Source of the DNA: Planctomycetota bacterium
Lineage (GTDB): Bacteria > Planctomycetota > UBA8108 > SXIK01
Reading direction: 5' to 3'
Assembly (NCBI GenBank): GCA_965223265.1
Contig: OZ244999.1
Coordinates: forward strand, 3,360,001 to 3,424,000
Length of the DNA: 64,000 bases
Made by a program: the position numbers and the translations under genes. Below the pieces are notes generated by a model. That model was not told the origin of the DNA. It ran no database searches and saw only the letters and a list, made by a program, of their open reading frames with translations. The first letter of the stretch is position 1; each line of letters opens with the position of its first letter. Below, one piece after another: positions 10,704 to 21,041 of this stretch.

Positions 10704-11672
10704 ATGCGGGCGACAGAGACAATTCCGGTGGTTGATCTTTCGGAGTTCACGGCTCACTCTAGTGCGCGAGCACGCGTCGCCGAGCGCATTGGTACGGCAC
10801 TCTGCGACGTTGGCTTCGTGGCCGTGGCAGGTCACGGCATCGACCCTGATTTAATCGCTCGGGCGTATTCGTACGCTGAGTGGTTCTTTACCCTCCCAAC
10901 TCCGATCAAGCAGCGCTACGAGCATCTCGATCTCAACGGTCAACGTGGTTTCACCAGTTTCGGGCGTGAGCATGCGAAGGGGGCGGACACTCCGGATCTC
11001 AAGGAATTCTGGCACGTCGGACGGAGTTCGTATTCCGACTCGTACACCGGCGCGCGGTATATGCGCAACCTTTGGCCCGACGAGGCGCCCGAGTTCAAGG
11101 CGGTCTTCCAGCGTCTTTTTACGGTACTTGAAGCGTGCGCCGGTCGTCTCCTTGAAGCTTGCGCGCTCTTCTTAGGACTCCAGCGCTCCGTGTTTTCCGA
11201 CATGGTCGTTGACGGGAACTCTATTCTACGACTGGCCCACTATCCGCCGTTAGCGTCGACTCAAGGGAGCTCGGGTCTGCGCGCCGCGGCTCACGAGGAC
11301 GTCAACCTCATCACGCTCCTGTGCGAGGCGACGCAGAGTGGGCTTGAGCTGCAGCGCCGCGACGGCGTGTGGGTACCGATTCACGCCCAAGCCGGTCACA
11401 TGATCGTGGACGCGGGAGACATGCTGCAGCATGTCACCAACGGCATTCTTCGTAGCACGACCCATCGTGTCGTCAACCCTCAAGACTCCAGCTTGCGGCG
11501 GCTATCGATGCCGTTCTTCGTCCACCCGCGTGGCGATGTCAGTCTCACTCCGCTGCCTCAGTGCGTTAAGCGTTCGGGAGGTGACGTGAGGTTCGCCGAA
11601 GTCTCTGCTGCGGAGTTCCTAGCACAGAGGTTGCGGGAGATCGGACTGACCTCCGAGGACGATGCGTCATGA
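10704..11672 (+). CDS. Isopenicillin N synthase-family 2OG-Fe(II) oxygenase
   Basis: IPVVDLS N-terminus, HED iron ligands, THRV, RLS(M)PFF. Confidence 0.92.
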   Translation: MRATETIPVVDLSEFTAHSSARARVAERIGTALCDVGFVAVAGHGIDPDLIARAYSYAEWFFTLPTPIKQRYEHLDLNGQRGFTSFGREHAKGADTPDLKEFWHVGRSSYSDSYTGARYMRNLWPDEAPEFKAVFQRLFTVLEACAGRLLEACALFLGLQRSVFSDMVVDGNSILRLAHYPPLASTQGSSGLRAAAHEDVNLITLLCEATQSGLELQRRDGVWVPIHAQAGHMIVDAGDMLQHVTNGILRSTTHRVVNPQDSSLRRLSMPFFVHPRGDVSLTPLPQCVKRSGGDVRFAEVSAAEFLAQRLREIGLTSEDDAS

Positions 11673-11706
11673 CCGGGAAGCGCCTCATGACCGGGAAGCG
11701 CCTCAT
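11667..11706. repeat. 18-bp perfect tandem duplication spanning the oxygenase stop codon
   Basis: TCATGACCGGGAAGCGCC x2 followed by TCAT. Confidence 0.9.
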
Positions 11707-11895
11707 CATTGTGAATCGCCTCGCGATTGTGAAACATCGCGCAGGCGGGAGTTCCTTCGATGCGCGGCAGGCAGGCCGGGTTGCGGCCGTCGCGGCGGAG
11801 CGATGGTTGGCGGCTCACGCGCCAGCCCATCGCCTGAGAGTTCCGTCAGTTTCTGCGCCGCACGTTTTTATTTGATTTTCGCTGAAAGGCCGACA

Positions 11896-13416
11896 ATGGC
11901 AAAGAAGAGTCGCAACGCGATCAACCCGACGCGAGCCGAGGACTATCCAGAGTGGTATCAGCAGGTTGTGAGAGCCGCGGAACTGGCCGAGGTGTCGCCG
12001 GTTCGTGGCTGTATGGTGATCAAGCCCTGGGGCTACGCGATCTGGGAGCTGATGCAGCAGGCCTTGGACCGAATGTTTAAGGCGACCGGGCACGAGAATG
12101 CTTACTTCCCCCTGTTCATCCCGATGAGCTATCTGGAGAAGGAAGCCGAGCACGTCGAGGGTTTCGCGAAAGAGTGTGCGGTCGTGACGCACCACCGACT
12201 CGAGCCGGGGCCCGAAGGCGGACTGGTGCCCGCGGGGGAACTGGAGGAACCGCTTATTGTCCGGCCGACCAGCGAAACCATCATCGGAGCGACGTACGCC
12301 AAGTGGGTGCAGTCCTACCGCGACCTACCAATTCTGATCAATCAATGGGCTAACGTCGTTCGGTGGGAGCTGCGAACACGCCTATTCCTGCGCACTGCAG
12401 AGTTTTTGTGGCAAGAAGGTCACACCGTTCACGCCACCGAGGCAGAGGCAGTCGAGGAAACCCTGAGAATGCTCGACGTCTACGCTGACTTTGCAGAGAG
12501 CTTTATGGCCATGCCCGTCATCAAAGGGGAAAAGACTCCGGGGGAGCGATTCCCCGGTGCGGTCGATACGTACACGATCGAAGCGATGATGCAAGACCGC
12601 AAGGCGCTTCAGGCCGGCACCTCGCATTTTCTCGGGCAGAATTTCTCCCGAGCCTCTGAGATCAAATTCCTCGACCAAAATGGCAAGGAGGTCTACGCAT
12701 GGACGACGTCGTGGGGGGTGTCCACTCGACTCATCGGTGGACTCCTCATGACTCACAGTGACGACGATGGGCTCGTCTTACCGCCGCGTCTGGCGCCGCG
12801 CCACGTGGTCATATTGCCGATCTACCGCAGTGACGAAGAGCGCCGGGAAGTGTTGGAGTTTTGCAGTGCACTCCAGACTGAGCTTGGTGCGACGTGCTTC
12901 CACGGTGAGCCGGTGCGGCAATCCATTGACGATCGCGACATGCGCGGTGGCGAAAAGGCGTGGCATCACGTCAAGGCGGGTGTGCCGGTGAGGCTCGAGA
13001 TCGGACCTCGCGATGTGGCTCAGAACAGCGTGTTCATGGCTCGACGCGACCGACCCGTCAAAGAAAAGCAGTCCGTGCCCCGTCAAGAGTTCGTTGCGCG
13101 TCTACCTGAGCTGCTCGACGAGATCCAGAGCGACCTACTTGAACGCGCGCGACGTGCACGTGAAGAAGTGACTCGCCGCATCGATCGGCTCGAAGAGTTC
13201 GAGGAGTTCTTCACTCCGGAGAATCGAGACAAACCCGAGATTCACGGTGGGTTGGCTCTGTGTCACTGGGCCGATGATCCGCAGGTCGACGCCATCCTGA
13301 AGCGGCTCCGAGTCACCGCGCGTTGTATTCCCTTGGACGCTGAGGAAGAAGAAGGGCGCTGCATATTCACGGGCAAGCCGAGCCGACGGCGCGTCGTCTT
13401 CGCTAAAGCGTATTGA
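11896..13416 (+). CDS. proS: Proline--tRNA ligase, archaeal/eukaryotic-like type
   Basis: VRPTSET, RTRLFLRTAEFLWQEGHT, QAGTSHFLGQNF, TTSWGVSTR, C-terminal AKAY; start at MAKKSRN. Confidence 0.96.
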   Translation: MAKKSRNAINPTRAEDYPEWYQQVVRAAELAEVSPVRGCMVIKPWGYAIWELMQQALDRMFKATGHENAYFPLFIPMSYLEKEAEHVEGFAKECAVVTHHRLEPGPEGGLVPAGELEEPLIVRPTSETIIGATYAKWVQSYRDLPILINQWANVVRWELRTRLFLRTAEFLWQEGHTVHATEAEAVEETLRMLDVYADFAESFMAMPVIKGEKTPGERFPGAVDTYTIEAMMQDRKALQAGTSHFLGQNFSRASEIKFLDQNGKEVYAWTTSWGVSTRLIGGLLMTHSDDDGLVLPPRLAPRHVVILPIYRSDEERREVLEFCSALQTELGATCFHGEPVRQSIDDRDMRGGEKAWHHVKAGVPVRLEIGPRDVAQNSVFMARRDRPVKEKQSVPRQEFVARLPELLDEIQSDLLERARRAREEVTRRIDRLEEFEEFFTPENRDKPEIHGGLALCHWADDPQVDAILKRLRVTARCIPLDAEEEEGRCIFTGKPSRRRVVFAKAY

Positions 13417-13480
13417 AGAGAACCGGCGACGTGCACTATCGCGCAGAACTCAACGGGTGCAGCGACCGCGCCGGCTGAAG

Positions 13481-14410
13481 TCAGTACGGCGGCAACGTGC
13501 GAGTGCGGGTGAGCTGCAGCATTCGGGCCCATTGGTCCCGCAGTGGTGCGTCGACCTCCGCAGCCTTGAGACTGCGGATGCGGGCGATCAGCTTTGTTGT
13601 GCCGCGAGAACTCAAGCCACCTAAAGTCTCTCGGATGTGCCCCGTGAGCTCCTCCGCCAACCGGCGCGATCCGTGGACTCCGTATGCGTCGCCTTCGATC
13701 TGGTCGAGCAGCGCCATCACGTCTTCTTCTATCGTTTCCTGGGCCTTTTCAAGGCTGCGCCGCAAAGCCGCCGTATGACGTGATGGACTCGAAAAGTCCG
13801 TCGAGGCGAACTGGCTTGCGAGTTCCTGAACGATCGTGCTCGTGATCGCGATCGTCTCGAGTTCAAGCACGCGCAGCTCGATCTGCTCGTAGACGAACTC
13901 GCGAGCATAACGGTCGCCGCTGGCATAGATCTTTTGTAGTGGCGCTACGGCAGGCACAAAAGCGGAAAGCTCGTCCCAACGTTCGTCGACGCTGCGGTTG
14001 GTGTCGCGCAGATGGGCGAGGTTTTCGGTGGCGACCAGACGTGCGAACATCGAGCCGGACTGTTCGCTGAGATGCCGCGGCAGTCGCGCCGCGGTTTCCT
14101 GTGAGAGACGCTCAAGAACTCGTACCGCGGCGGCATACTCTTCCACACCCCAACGGTCCGTCGGTGTCGGCAGCCCCGCGTCGACGTACTCGGATACGCT
14201 CAGCGATTGATCGACGCTCGGTCCGGCGTGCGGTTTCGGGTGCGGGTTGTTCGGTGAGCTGCTGCACGATGCGGCGGTGAACGAGATAGCAAGGAGGAAC
14301 AAGACGACAGGGAGGGCGCAGAGGGAGGGGACGTTGGGCGGTACGGAGCGGCTGGAAACCTGCACCGAGATGAATTTCCGCCAACGGAAGAAGCGCCCGT
14401 GTCGAATCAT
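13481..14410 (-). CDS. Hypothetical protein, probable lipoprotein
   Basis: Long ORF filling the gap between proS and the protease gene; VVLFLLAISFTAASC lipobox-like segment; helical body; start uncertain. Confidence 0.65.
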   Translation of the reverse strand: MIRHGRFFRWRKFISVQVSSRSVPPNVPSLCALPVVLFLLAISFTAASCSSSPNNPHPKPHAGPSVDQSLSVSEYVDAGLPTPTDRWGVEEYAAAVRVLERLSQETAARLPRHLSEQSGSMFARLVATENLAHLRDTNRSVDERWDELSAFVPAVAPLQKIYASGDRYAREFVYEQIELRVLELETIAITSTIVQELASQFASTDFSSPSRHTAALRRSLEKAQETIEEDVMALLDQIEGDAYGVHGSRRLAEELTGHIRETLGGLSSRGTTKLIARIRSLKAAEVDAPLRDQWARMLQLTRTRTLPPY

Positions 14411-14698
14411 GGGTACATGTCTATAGACGATCGAGCGGTCGAGATCAACGTTTAGGGGTGAAAACGTCCGGTAACGATGCAGTCCGCTGCCGCGAGCTGT
14501 CGAGCTCGTCGCCGCGCCAATTCGTTCGACGTTTCGTCCCTCCGCTATGCGTGTCATTTGGCGAACTCACGCTTGTCCTCCGTCCGAATGACTTGCGTAG
14601 GTTTGTGACTACGTTCGCGCCTCGGTAGAATGGGCATTGGCGCCCCGGAGGAGGGGAGGCGCACGGCAGCGAATGACTCCGAGCTTGGAGGGTGAAAG

Positions 14699-16879
14699 GT
14701 GCGAAGCATCATTTTAGGGCTTGCTGTTGCCTGGGGTGGCACCGCCGCGCCGTTCTCTCTGCATGCCGGCGACGACGCCGACTTTGGCGCCGTACTTGAG
14801 CGTGTGCGCGAGGCCGTTGTCGTGATCACTTCTGAAGACCGACGCGGCGAGGAGACGAGTCTGGGGTCCGGGTTCTTGTTGCATGGACAAAAGCTGGTTG
14901 CCACGAACTACCACGTGATTGGAGAAGGGCGGCGTTTTCGGATCCAGCTTCCCGATCGTCGATACCTGACGCCGAAAAGCATTTTTGCTTACGACCGAAA
15001 AAAGGATGTGGCGTTGATCCAGGTGCTCGAGGAAGTGGGCGACGGGTTAAAACTCGGCGATGCTGACGCGACTCGAGTCGGTGAACCTGTCGCGGCCGTG
15101 GGGCATCCATTGGCGATGCGTCTCAGTGTGACTCGTGGCGTGGTCGCGGGGGTCAGAGAGCTCGACGACCGTCCGCTCCTTCAGTTAGCCATGCCGATTG
15201 AGGTCGGTAACAGCGGCGGCCCTGTCGTTGTGGAGTCGGGTCGCGTTGTCGGTATGGTCGTGATGAAGTCGGCAGCAAGTATGGGTTTTGCCGTTCCGGT
15301 CAGTGAGATCCAAGTGCTGCTTGAAGAGCCTCTGGAAATACCGATCGATCGCTGGTGGACGATTGGCGAGCTGCGCGCGGATCGCTGGGCAACTCATATG
15401 GGAGGCGAGTGGCGACAGCGCGCAGGAAAGTTGATCGCATCGGGTATGGGCAGCGGATTCGGCGGCCGGATGCTTTGCCTCTCTACCGACAAAATCGAGG
15501 GGGATACATTCGAGCTTGAGGTCGACGTTCGACTTGATGATGAAAGTGGTGCGGCGGGGTTGGTTTTTCACTCGGACGATGGGGATCGTCATTATGGATT
15601 CTATCCCACGAGCGGTGCTCTCCGGCTCACACGTTTCGACGGACCGGATGTGTTCACTTGGAAGATTCTCGAGACAGTCGGCAGCGAACACTATCGCCTC
15701 GGCGAATGGAACCATGTCAAGGTGGCGGTGAGCGGCGATCGAATCTCTTGTTACTGCAACGGCGAACTGGTGATCGAGAAACGCGACGACGGTCTCGAAC
15801 CCGGCGCGGTGGGGCTCGTGAAGTTTCGGCAACCGCGCGCTGAATTCCGTCGCTTCCGAGTCGGCGCCTCTCTACCGAGTCGGGAGGTCTCCGAGGAGCG
15901 ACGTCAGGCCGTCCTCCGACTGGCAGACGAGCTTCCCCTGAAAGGTGAACCGGGAGTCGAAGGCATCGAGCAACTCTCCCGTGACGCCGACGCTGCGTGG
16001 ACTGTTTTGCGAGAGCGAGCACATGAACTCCGGCGTCAAGCTTCACGTCTCGAGCAGCTCGCGACGCTCGCGCACGCACGCGCGGTAACGACCGACCTCG
16101 TGGAGGCGATGGCAGACCGCGACACCGGCACCGTGGATCTCCTACGGGGAGCGCTCCTGGTTGCACGACTTGACAACCGAGAGCTCGACATCGACGAGTA
16201 CGTTGGCATCGTCGATTCGATGGCGGCGGAGCTTCTTCAAGAGTTCTCCTCAGACATGGATGACGTGGCGCGGTTCCGAGCGACTGCCGAGTATCTCTTT
16301 CAAGAGCTCGGATTTCATGGCAGTCGCGCCGAGTACTTCCATCGCTCCAACAGCTACTTGAATGAAGTCCTCGAGGATCGCGAGGGGCTGCCCATCGCTT
16401 TGTCAATTGTGCTGATCGAGCTGGCGCAGCGTGTCGGCCTCAAGATTGATGGCCTAAGCATTCCGAATCACTTCATTGTCCGATTCGTGCCGGAGAAGGG
16501 GGAGCCTATTCTCATGGACCCGTTCTCCCGTGGTCGGGTGATCTCGCTCGAGGAAGCCTCGCAACTGAGTAGAAGCGATCTGACGGCGGCAAAACTCGAA
16601 TCTGCCAGCGAGCGCGGAATCATCATCCGGATGTTGAGGAATCTCTTTGGAGTCGCGGATCGCGAACAGGATCTCTACGGCATGCTGCGCTACGTGGACG
16701 CCATCGTTGCGGTCGATCCTGATTCTGCATACGACCGCTGGATTCGAGCGGCGCTGCGCGCGCGCACCGCACAGCCGCGCGGGGCAGAGAGTGACCTGCT
16801 CTGGCTCATCGAAAAGGCACCCAGCGGTGTGGACCTGCGACAAGTGCGTGATCTTCTGGAACGAGTGCGTCGTCACTGA
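14699..16879 (+). CDS. Trypsin-like serine protease + DUF1080-like beta-sandwich + SirB1/transglutaminase-like + TPR fusion
   Basis: Triad TNYHV / DVAL / GNSGGP; LGEWNHVKVAVSGDRI; NSYLNEVLEDREGLPIALS...PNHFIVR...DPF (SirB1 family). Confidence 0.85.
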   Translation: MRSIILGLAVAWGGTAAPFSLHAGDDADFGAVLERVREAVVVITSEDRRGEETSLGSGFLLHGQKLVATNYHVIGEGRRFRIQLPDRRYLTPKSIFAYDRKKDVALIQVLEEVGDGLKLGDADATRVGEPVAAVGHPLAMRLSVTRGVVAGVRELDDRPLLQLAMPIEVGNSGGPVVVESGRVVGMVVMKSAASMGFAVPVSEIQVLLEEPLEIPIDRWWTIGELRADRWATHMGGEWRQRAGKLIASGMGSGFGGRMLCLSTDKIEGDTFELEVDVRLDDESGAAGLVFHSDDGDRHYGFYPTSGALRLTRFDGPDVFTWKILETVGSEHYRLGEWNHVKVAVSGDRISCYCNGELVIEKRDDGLEPGAVGLVKFRQPRAEFRRFRVGASLPSREVSEERRQAVLRLADELPLKGEPGVEGIEQLSRDADAAWTVLRERAHELRRQASRLEQLATLAHARAVTTDLVEAMADRDTGTVDLLRGALLVARLDNRELDIDEYVGIVDSMAAELLQEFSSDMDDVARFRATAEYLFQELGFHGSRAEYFHRSNSYLNEVLEDREGLPIALSIVLIELAQRVGLKIDGLSIPNHFIVRFVPEKGEPILMDPFSRGRVISLEEASQLSRSDLTAAKLESASERGIIIRMLRNLFGVADREQDLYGMLRYVDAIVAVDPDSAYDRWIRAALRARTAQPRGAESDLLWLIEKAPSGVDLRQVRDLLERVRRH

Positions 16880-17023
16880 ATATGTCATCTCGCGAGTTGG
16901 CGCCGGTCGTCGCGATCTTCCAGCGCTATCAATGCTGTACTCGTCCGCGACGCGAACTTGAAACGGTGCGTCTCCGGTCGCGCGTGCCCTACTCATCACC
17001 TGCTGCAGCGGAGTCTTTGGGAC

Positions 17024-18481
17024 GTGGCAACCTCGGCTAACCCTGATTTCGTCGATCAGCTACAGGGAATCTTTCCTGCCGAGCGTTTGCTGCACCGAGC
17101 TCCCGAAATCGCACCCTACGAATCGGACGCATTGACGGCGTTTCGGGCTCGTCCCGCGGCCGTCGTCCTACCGGAGAGTTCAGAGGAAATTGTCTCGACC
17201 CTCAAACTATGCTATGCCGCCGGCGTGCCGTTCGTCGCTCGCGGCAGCGGGACAAGCCTTTCGGGGGGCTCTCTTCCAATCGCCGGTGGTGTTGTCATCG
17301 GGTTGAATCGACTGCGCAAAATTTTGCGATTAGATCCTCGCCAGCGTATCGCTGTTGTCGAGCCTGGGACGATCAATCTGGCGGTGTCCCACGCTGCTGC
17401 GCCGTACGGGCTCTACTATGCCCCAGATCCGTCGAGCCAGAGCGTCTGCACCATTGGCGGCAATGTCGCGTTCAATTCAGGCGGCGCACATTGCCTGAAG
17501 TATGGGATGACGTCAAATCATGTTCTTGGACTGAAGGTCGCGCTACCCGACGGTGAGGTTGCGGAACTTGGCGGAGAGAGCCTCGAAAGCGTTGGCCCAG
17601 GTTACACCGGAATGTTCGTCGGATCGGAAGGCCTCTTCGGCATCGCGCTTGAGATCACGCTCAGGCTATTGCCAAGACCGGAGACCTACCGAACGCTGCT
17701 CGCTGCGTACAGCTCTCTCGAAGCCGCGGGTGACGCTGTGGCGAGTGTGGTCTCTTCAGGCCTGCTGCCGGGAGCGATGGAGATCATGGACCGCCTGGCG
17801 ATCGAGGCGGCGGAGGCCGCCGTCAGCGCTGGTTATCCACGCGATGCGGCCGCGATTTTGATCGTCGAGCTGGAGGGGCTCGGGGCTGAAGTCGAAGCCG
17901 AGTACACCGAACTCCGCCGCGTGATCGATGCGTCAAACGCCGACACAGTCCGCATCGCCTCAAGTGATGATGAGCGCGACCGCATTTGGAAAGGGCGCAA
18001 AAGCGCATTCTCAGCGGTCGGGCGCCTCAGTCCAGACTACATTGTTCAGGACGGTGTGGTGCCGCGGAGCCGTTTGGGCGAAGCCCTCGCCACGATCGAA
18101 CGCTACGCCCGGGAGGCAGAGCTGCGGGTCGCGAACGTCTTTCACGCCGGCGACGGCAATCTCCACCCATTGATCCTCTACGACGGGCGGCAACCCGGTT
18201 CACTCGAGCGGGCTGAGGAGCTTGCCGGGCGCATTCTGCGGTTGTGCGTCGACATGGGAGGATCGATCACCGGAGAGCACGGCGTGGGTGTGGAGAAGCG
18301 TTCTTACCTTCCTGATATGTTTGGCGCCGAGGATATCGACGCCATGCACCGAGTCCGGTGTGCGATTGACGTCAAGGAGATCTCGAATCCTGGGAAAATG
18401 TTTCCGTCTGGCGAGGCGCCCTCGCTACAGCTGCGCGGTCCGCACCCGCTAGAACGTGAAGGCAAGATTTCCCGCGAGTAG
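17024..18481 (+). CDS. glcD: Glycolate oxidase FAD-linked subunit
   Basis: [45 protein letters not shown]; first gene of a glcDEF-ordered cluster. Confidence 0.92.
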   Translation: MATSANPDFVDQLQGIFPAERLLHRAPEIAPYESDALTAFRARPAAVVLPESSEEIVSTLKLCYAAGVPFVARGSGTSLSGGSLPIAGGVVIGLNRLRKILRLDPRQRIAVVEPGTINLAVSHAAAPYGLYYAPDPSSQSVCTIGGNVAFNSGGAHCLKYGMTSNHVLGLKVALPDGEVAELGGESLESVGPGYTGMFVGSEGLFGIALEITLRLLPRPETYRTLLAAYSSLEAAGDAVASVVSSGLLPGAMEIMDRLAIEAAEAAVSAGYPRDAAAILIVELEGLGAEVEAEYTELRRVIDASNADTVRIASSDDERDRIWKGRKSAFSAVGRLSPDYIVQDGVVPRSRLGEALATIERYAREAELRVANVFHAGDGNLHPLILYDGRQPGSLERAEELAGRILRLCVDMGGSITGEHGVGVEKRSYLPDMFGAEDIDAMHRVRCAIDVKEISNPGKMFPSGEAPSLQLRGPHPLEREGKISRE

Positions 18482-18576
18482 ATTGACCTTCGAATGTTGA
18501 CATTGGTCGGCGACGAGCTATGCGTCGTTACGTTGCGGCATGTTTCGCGGCGCAGTGCAGGCCAACGCAAAACAAG

Positions 18577-19674
18577 ATGATCGAACCACAAAGTATCGAC
18601 GAGCTCCAACACGAAATCCGCAAGGCCAACACGACACTCGTGGTCCGCGGAGGAGGTAGCAAGCGGGGTCTTTCGACCGTTCCTGTGGGAAACCTTGGGG
18701 TCGGGATGCAGCGATTGAGCGGCGTGGTGGAATACGATCCCAGTGAATACACCATGACCGCACATGCAGGTACGACGTTGGAAGAAGTTACGTCGCTCCT
18801 TCAGGAACGCGGCCAGTACCTGCCGTTTGACCCGCCGCTGGTCGGGCGCGGTGCGACGCTTGGCGGCACTGTCGCCAGTGGGCTTAGTGGTTCGGGCCGG
18901 CTTCGGTACGGTGGCGTCAGCGATTTTTTGATCGAAGTAGAATTCGTCGACGGAGGCGGACACCATGTCCGCGGCGGTGGGCGAGTCGTAAAAAACGCAG
19001 CAGGATTCGATTTCCCGAAACTCATGGTGGGAAGCCTTGGCCATCTGGGAATCCTCACGCGCCTGACGTTCAAGGTTTTCCCGAAGGCCGCGGCATCAGG
19101 GACGCTACGTTTTTGCTGCGACTCGGCAGACGCCGCGGTTGATCTGCAGAGTCGACTGTTCACATCACAGCTTGAGTTGCAGGCGCTCGATCTTGAAGCG
19201 CCATCTACGGTCGTCGTGCGGCACGCGGGCGTGAAAGGTTCGCTTGCTCAACGCGAGGAGCGTGTCGAAGCGCTCGCCGGTCGGTCGGGCGAGCGTGTTC
19301 GCGACGACGAGGACTATTGGCGCAGCGTGAGGGACTTTTCTTGGGTATCGGATTCTGCAGCATTGATCAAAATTCCACTCGCTTCAGTGCTGCTGTTGGA
19401 TCTCGATCAGGCGTTGTCAACGCAGGACATCGAGCGCCGATACAGCGTCGGTGGGAACGTCTGCTGGGCTACCGTGATCGACGCTCGTGGCCTTGAGCAC
19501 GTCCACCGCATCTGCGTCGACTTGGGGCTCAGCGGGCTCGTCGTGTGGTCACTGCGAGAAGGAGGCGACACCGTGGGCTTGTCGTCGCGTATCGGGGTGC
19601 TACGCGACGGCGGGGCTTTCGGTCGACGCCTGAAAGCAGCGTTGGACCCACAGCGTCGATTTCCCGAATCATAG
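18577..19674 (+). CDS. glcE: Glycolate oxidase FAD-binding subunit
   Basis: ATLGGTVASGLSG, GGRVVKNAAGFDFPKLMVGSLGHLG, LDP C-terminus. Confidence 0.9.
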   Translation: MIEPQSIDELQHEIRKANTTLVVRGGGSKRGLSTVPVGNLGVGMQRLSGVVEYDPSEYTMTAHAGTTLEEVTSLLQERGQYLPFDPPLVGRGATLGGTVASGLSGSGRLRYGGVSDFLIEVEFVDGGGHHVRGGGRVVKNAAGFDFPKLMVGSLGHLGILTRLTFKVFPKAAASGTLRFCCDSADAAVDLQSRLFTSQLELQALDLEAPSTVVVRHAGVKGSLAQREERVEALAGRSGERVRDDEDYWRSVRDFSWVSDSAALIKIPLASVLLLDLDQALSTQDIERRYSVGGNVCWATVIDARGLEHVHRICVDLGLSGLVVWSLREGGDTVGLSSRIGVLRDGGAFGRRLKAALDPQRRFPES

Positions 19675-19727
19675 CCTCAACCTCTTGCAGCCGTTTTCGC
19701 AACGCTCGATCGGTTACGCGCAAACAA

Positions 19728-21041
19728 ATGCTTCACAACATAGACCACCAACGACTTGGAACTCACGGAGAGGCAATGGCACGCGCGGTCGGAGCGTGCG
19801 TCCACTGCGGGTTTTGCCTGCCGACGTGTCCTACGTATCAGGTGCTTGAAGAGGAGATGGACTCTCCGCGAGGGAGGATCTTCCTCATGAAGGAAGTACT
19901 CGAAGGTGCGCTGCAGTCAGACGATGTCGCAGCGTACATCGATCGCTGCCTTGGCTGTTTGGCCTGCGAGACATCTTGCCCGTCGGGAGTTTCCTATCGG
20001 GAACTGGTGACGCCGTTTAGAGCGCGGCTCGAGGAGTCGAGAAGACGGCGTGGGATCGAGCGCCTGCGGCGCTTCCTTGCACTTCAGACCCTACCCTTTC
20101 CGAAGAGATTTCGACTCGCCGTACGCCTGGGTTTATGGGCGCGTCGCCTCGAACGACTCGTGCCGAAGTCGATGCGCCCCATGCTTGGGTTGTTGCCGCC
20201 GGCGTTGCCGCGACACGTCCGACTACCAGAGCGAACTCTTCCGCTGGGTGAACCGCGGGCTCGCGTCGCGCTGCTTGCTGGCTGCGCTCAGCGCGTTCTT
20301 GCGCCGAGCATCAACACGGCGACGATTCGCGTCTTGGCGCAGAACGGTGTCGAGGTCTTGGTGCCGCGTCTTCAAGGGTGCTGCGGTGCGCTGAGTCTTC
20401 ACAGCGGCGAGGAGCGGCAGGCGAAGCGTTTCGCCCTGCGACTGATGCAGAAGTTCCCAGCGGACGTCGACGCCATCGTGACCAACGCCGCGGGTTGCGG
20501 TTCTGGAATGCACGAGTATGAACAGTTGTTTCGCGGTACGCCACATCACGGCGAAGCAGCCGCATTCTCTCGTCGCGTGAAAGACGTGCAGCTGTTTCTG
20601 GCCGAGCTCGGGCTGCGAACACCAGCACCGCGTTCGAGGTCGATTCGAGTCGTCTACCAGGACGCCTGCCATCTCGCTCACGCGCAGAGTGTGCAGTCTG
20701 CCCCACGGAAGCTGCTTGAAGCGATCGACGGCGTCGAGGTCAGCCGCCCCGATGAGGCGGAGATCTGCTGCGGCTCAGCAGGTATGTACAACGTCGAACA
20801 ACCTGAGATCGCAGCACAACTCGGACGCCGCAAGGTCGCTCGCCTTTTGGAGGCTAAGCCGGATTTGATCGTTTCTGCCAATATCGGCTGCATCACCCAG
20901 CTGCACGCTCATCTTCAGGCTGAAGACGTGGACGTTGCCGTCGTTCATGTGATGGAGTTTCTCGATTGGGCGTACGCTGGGTCGGAACCAGTCGATGAAA
21001 ACGGTTCGAAGCGGCCCGTCAGCCTACCGGAAGACGCGTGA
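19728..21041 (+). CDS. glcF: Glycolate oxidase iron-sulfur subunit
   Basis: CVHCGFCLPTCP and CLGCLACETSCP 4Fe-4S motifs, two CCG domains. Confidence 0.93.
   Translation: MLHNIDHQRLGTHGEAMARAVGACVHCGFCLPTCPTYQVLEEEMDSPRGRIFLMKEVLEGALQSDDVAAYIDRCLGCLACETSCPSGVSYRELVTPFRARLEESRRRRGIERLRRFLALQTLPFPKRFRLAVRLGLWARRLERLVPKSMRPMLGLLPPALPRHVRLPERTLPLGEPRARVALLAGCAQRVLAPSINTATIRVLAQNGVEVLVPRLQGCCGALSLHSGEERQAKRFALRLMQKFPADVDAIVTNAAGCGSGMHEYEQLFRGTPHHGEAAAFSRRVKDVQLFLAELGLRTPAPRSRSIRVVYQDACHLAHAQSVQSAPRKLLEAIDGVEVSRPDEAEICCGSAGMYNVEQPEIAAQLGRRKVARLLEAKPDLIVSANIGCITQLHAHLQAEDVDVAVVHVMEFLDWAYAGSEPVDENGSKRPVSLPEDA

Noticed and set aside
11662-11895. N-terminal extension of the ProS ORF with HDREAP repeats
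   Set aside because: Arises from the intergenic tandem duplication; ProS similarity starts at MAKKSRN (11896)
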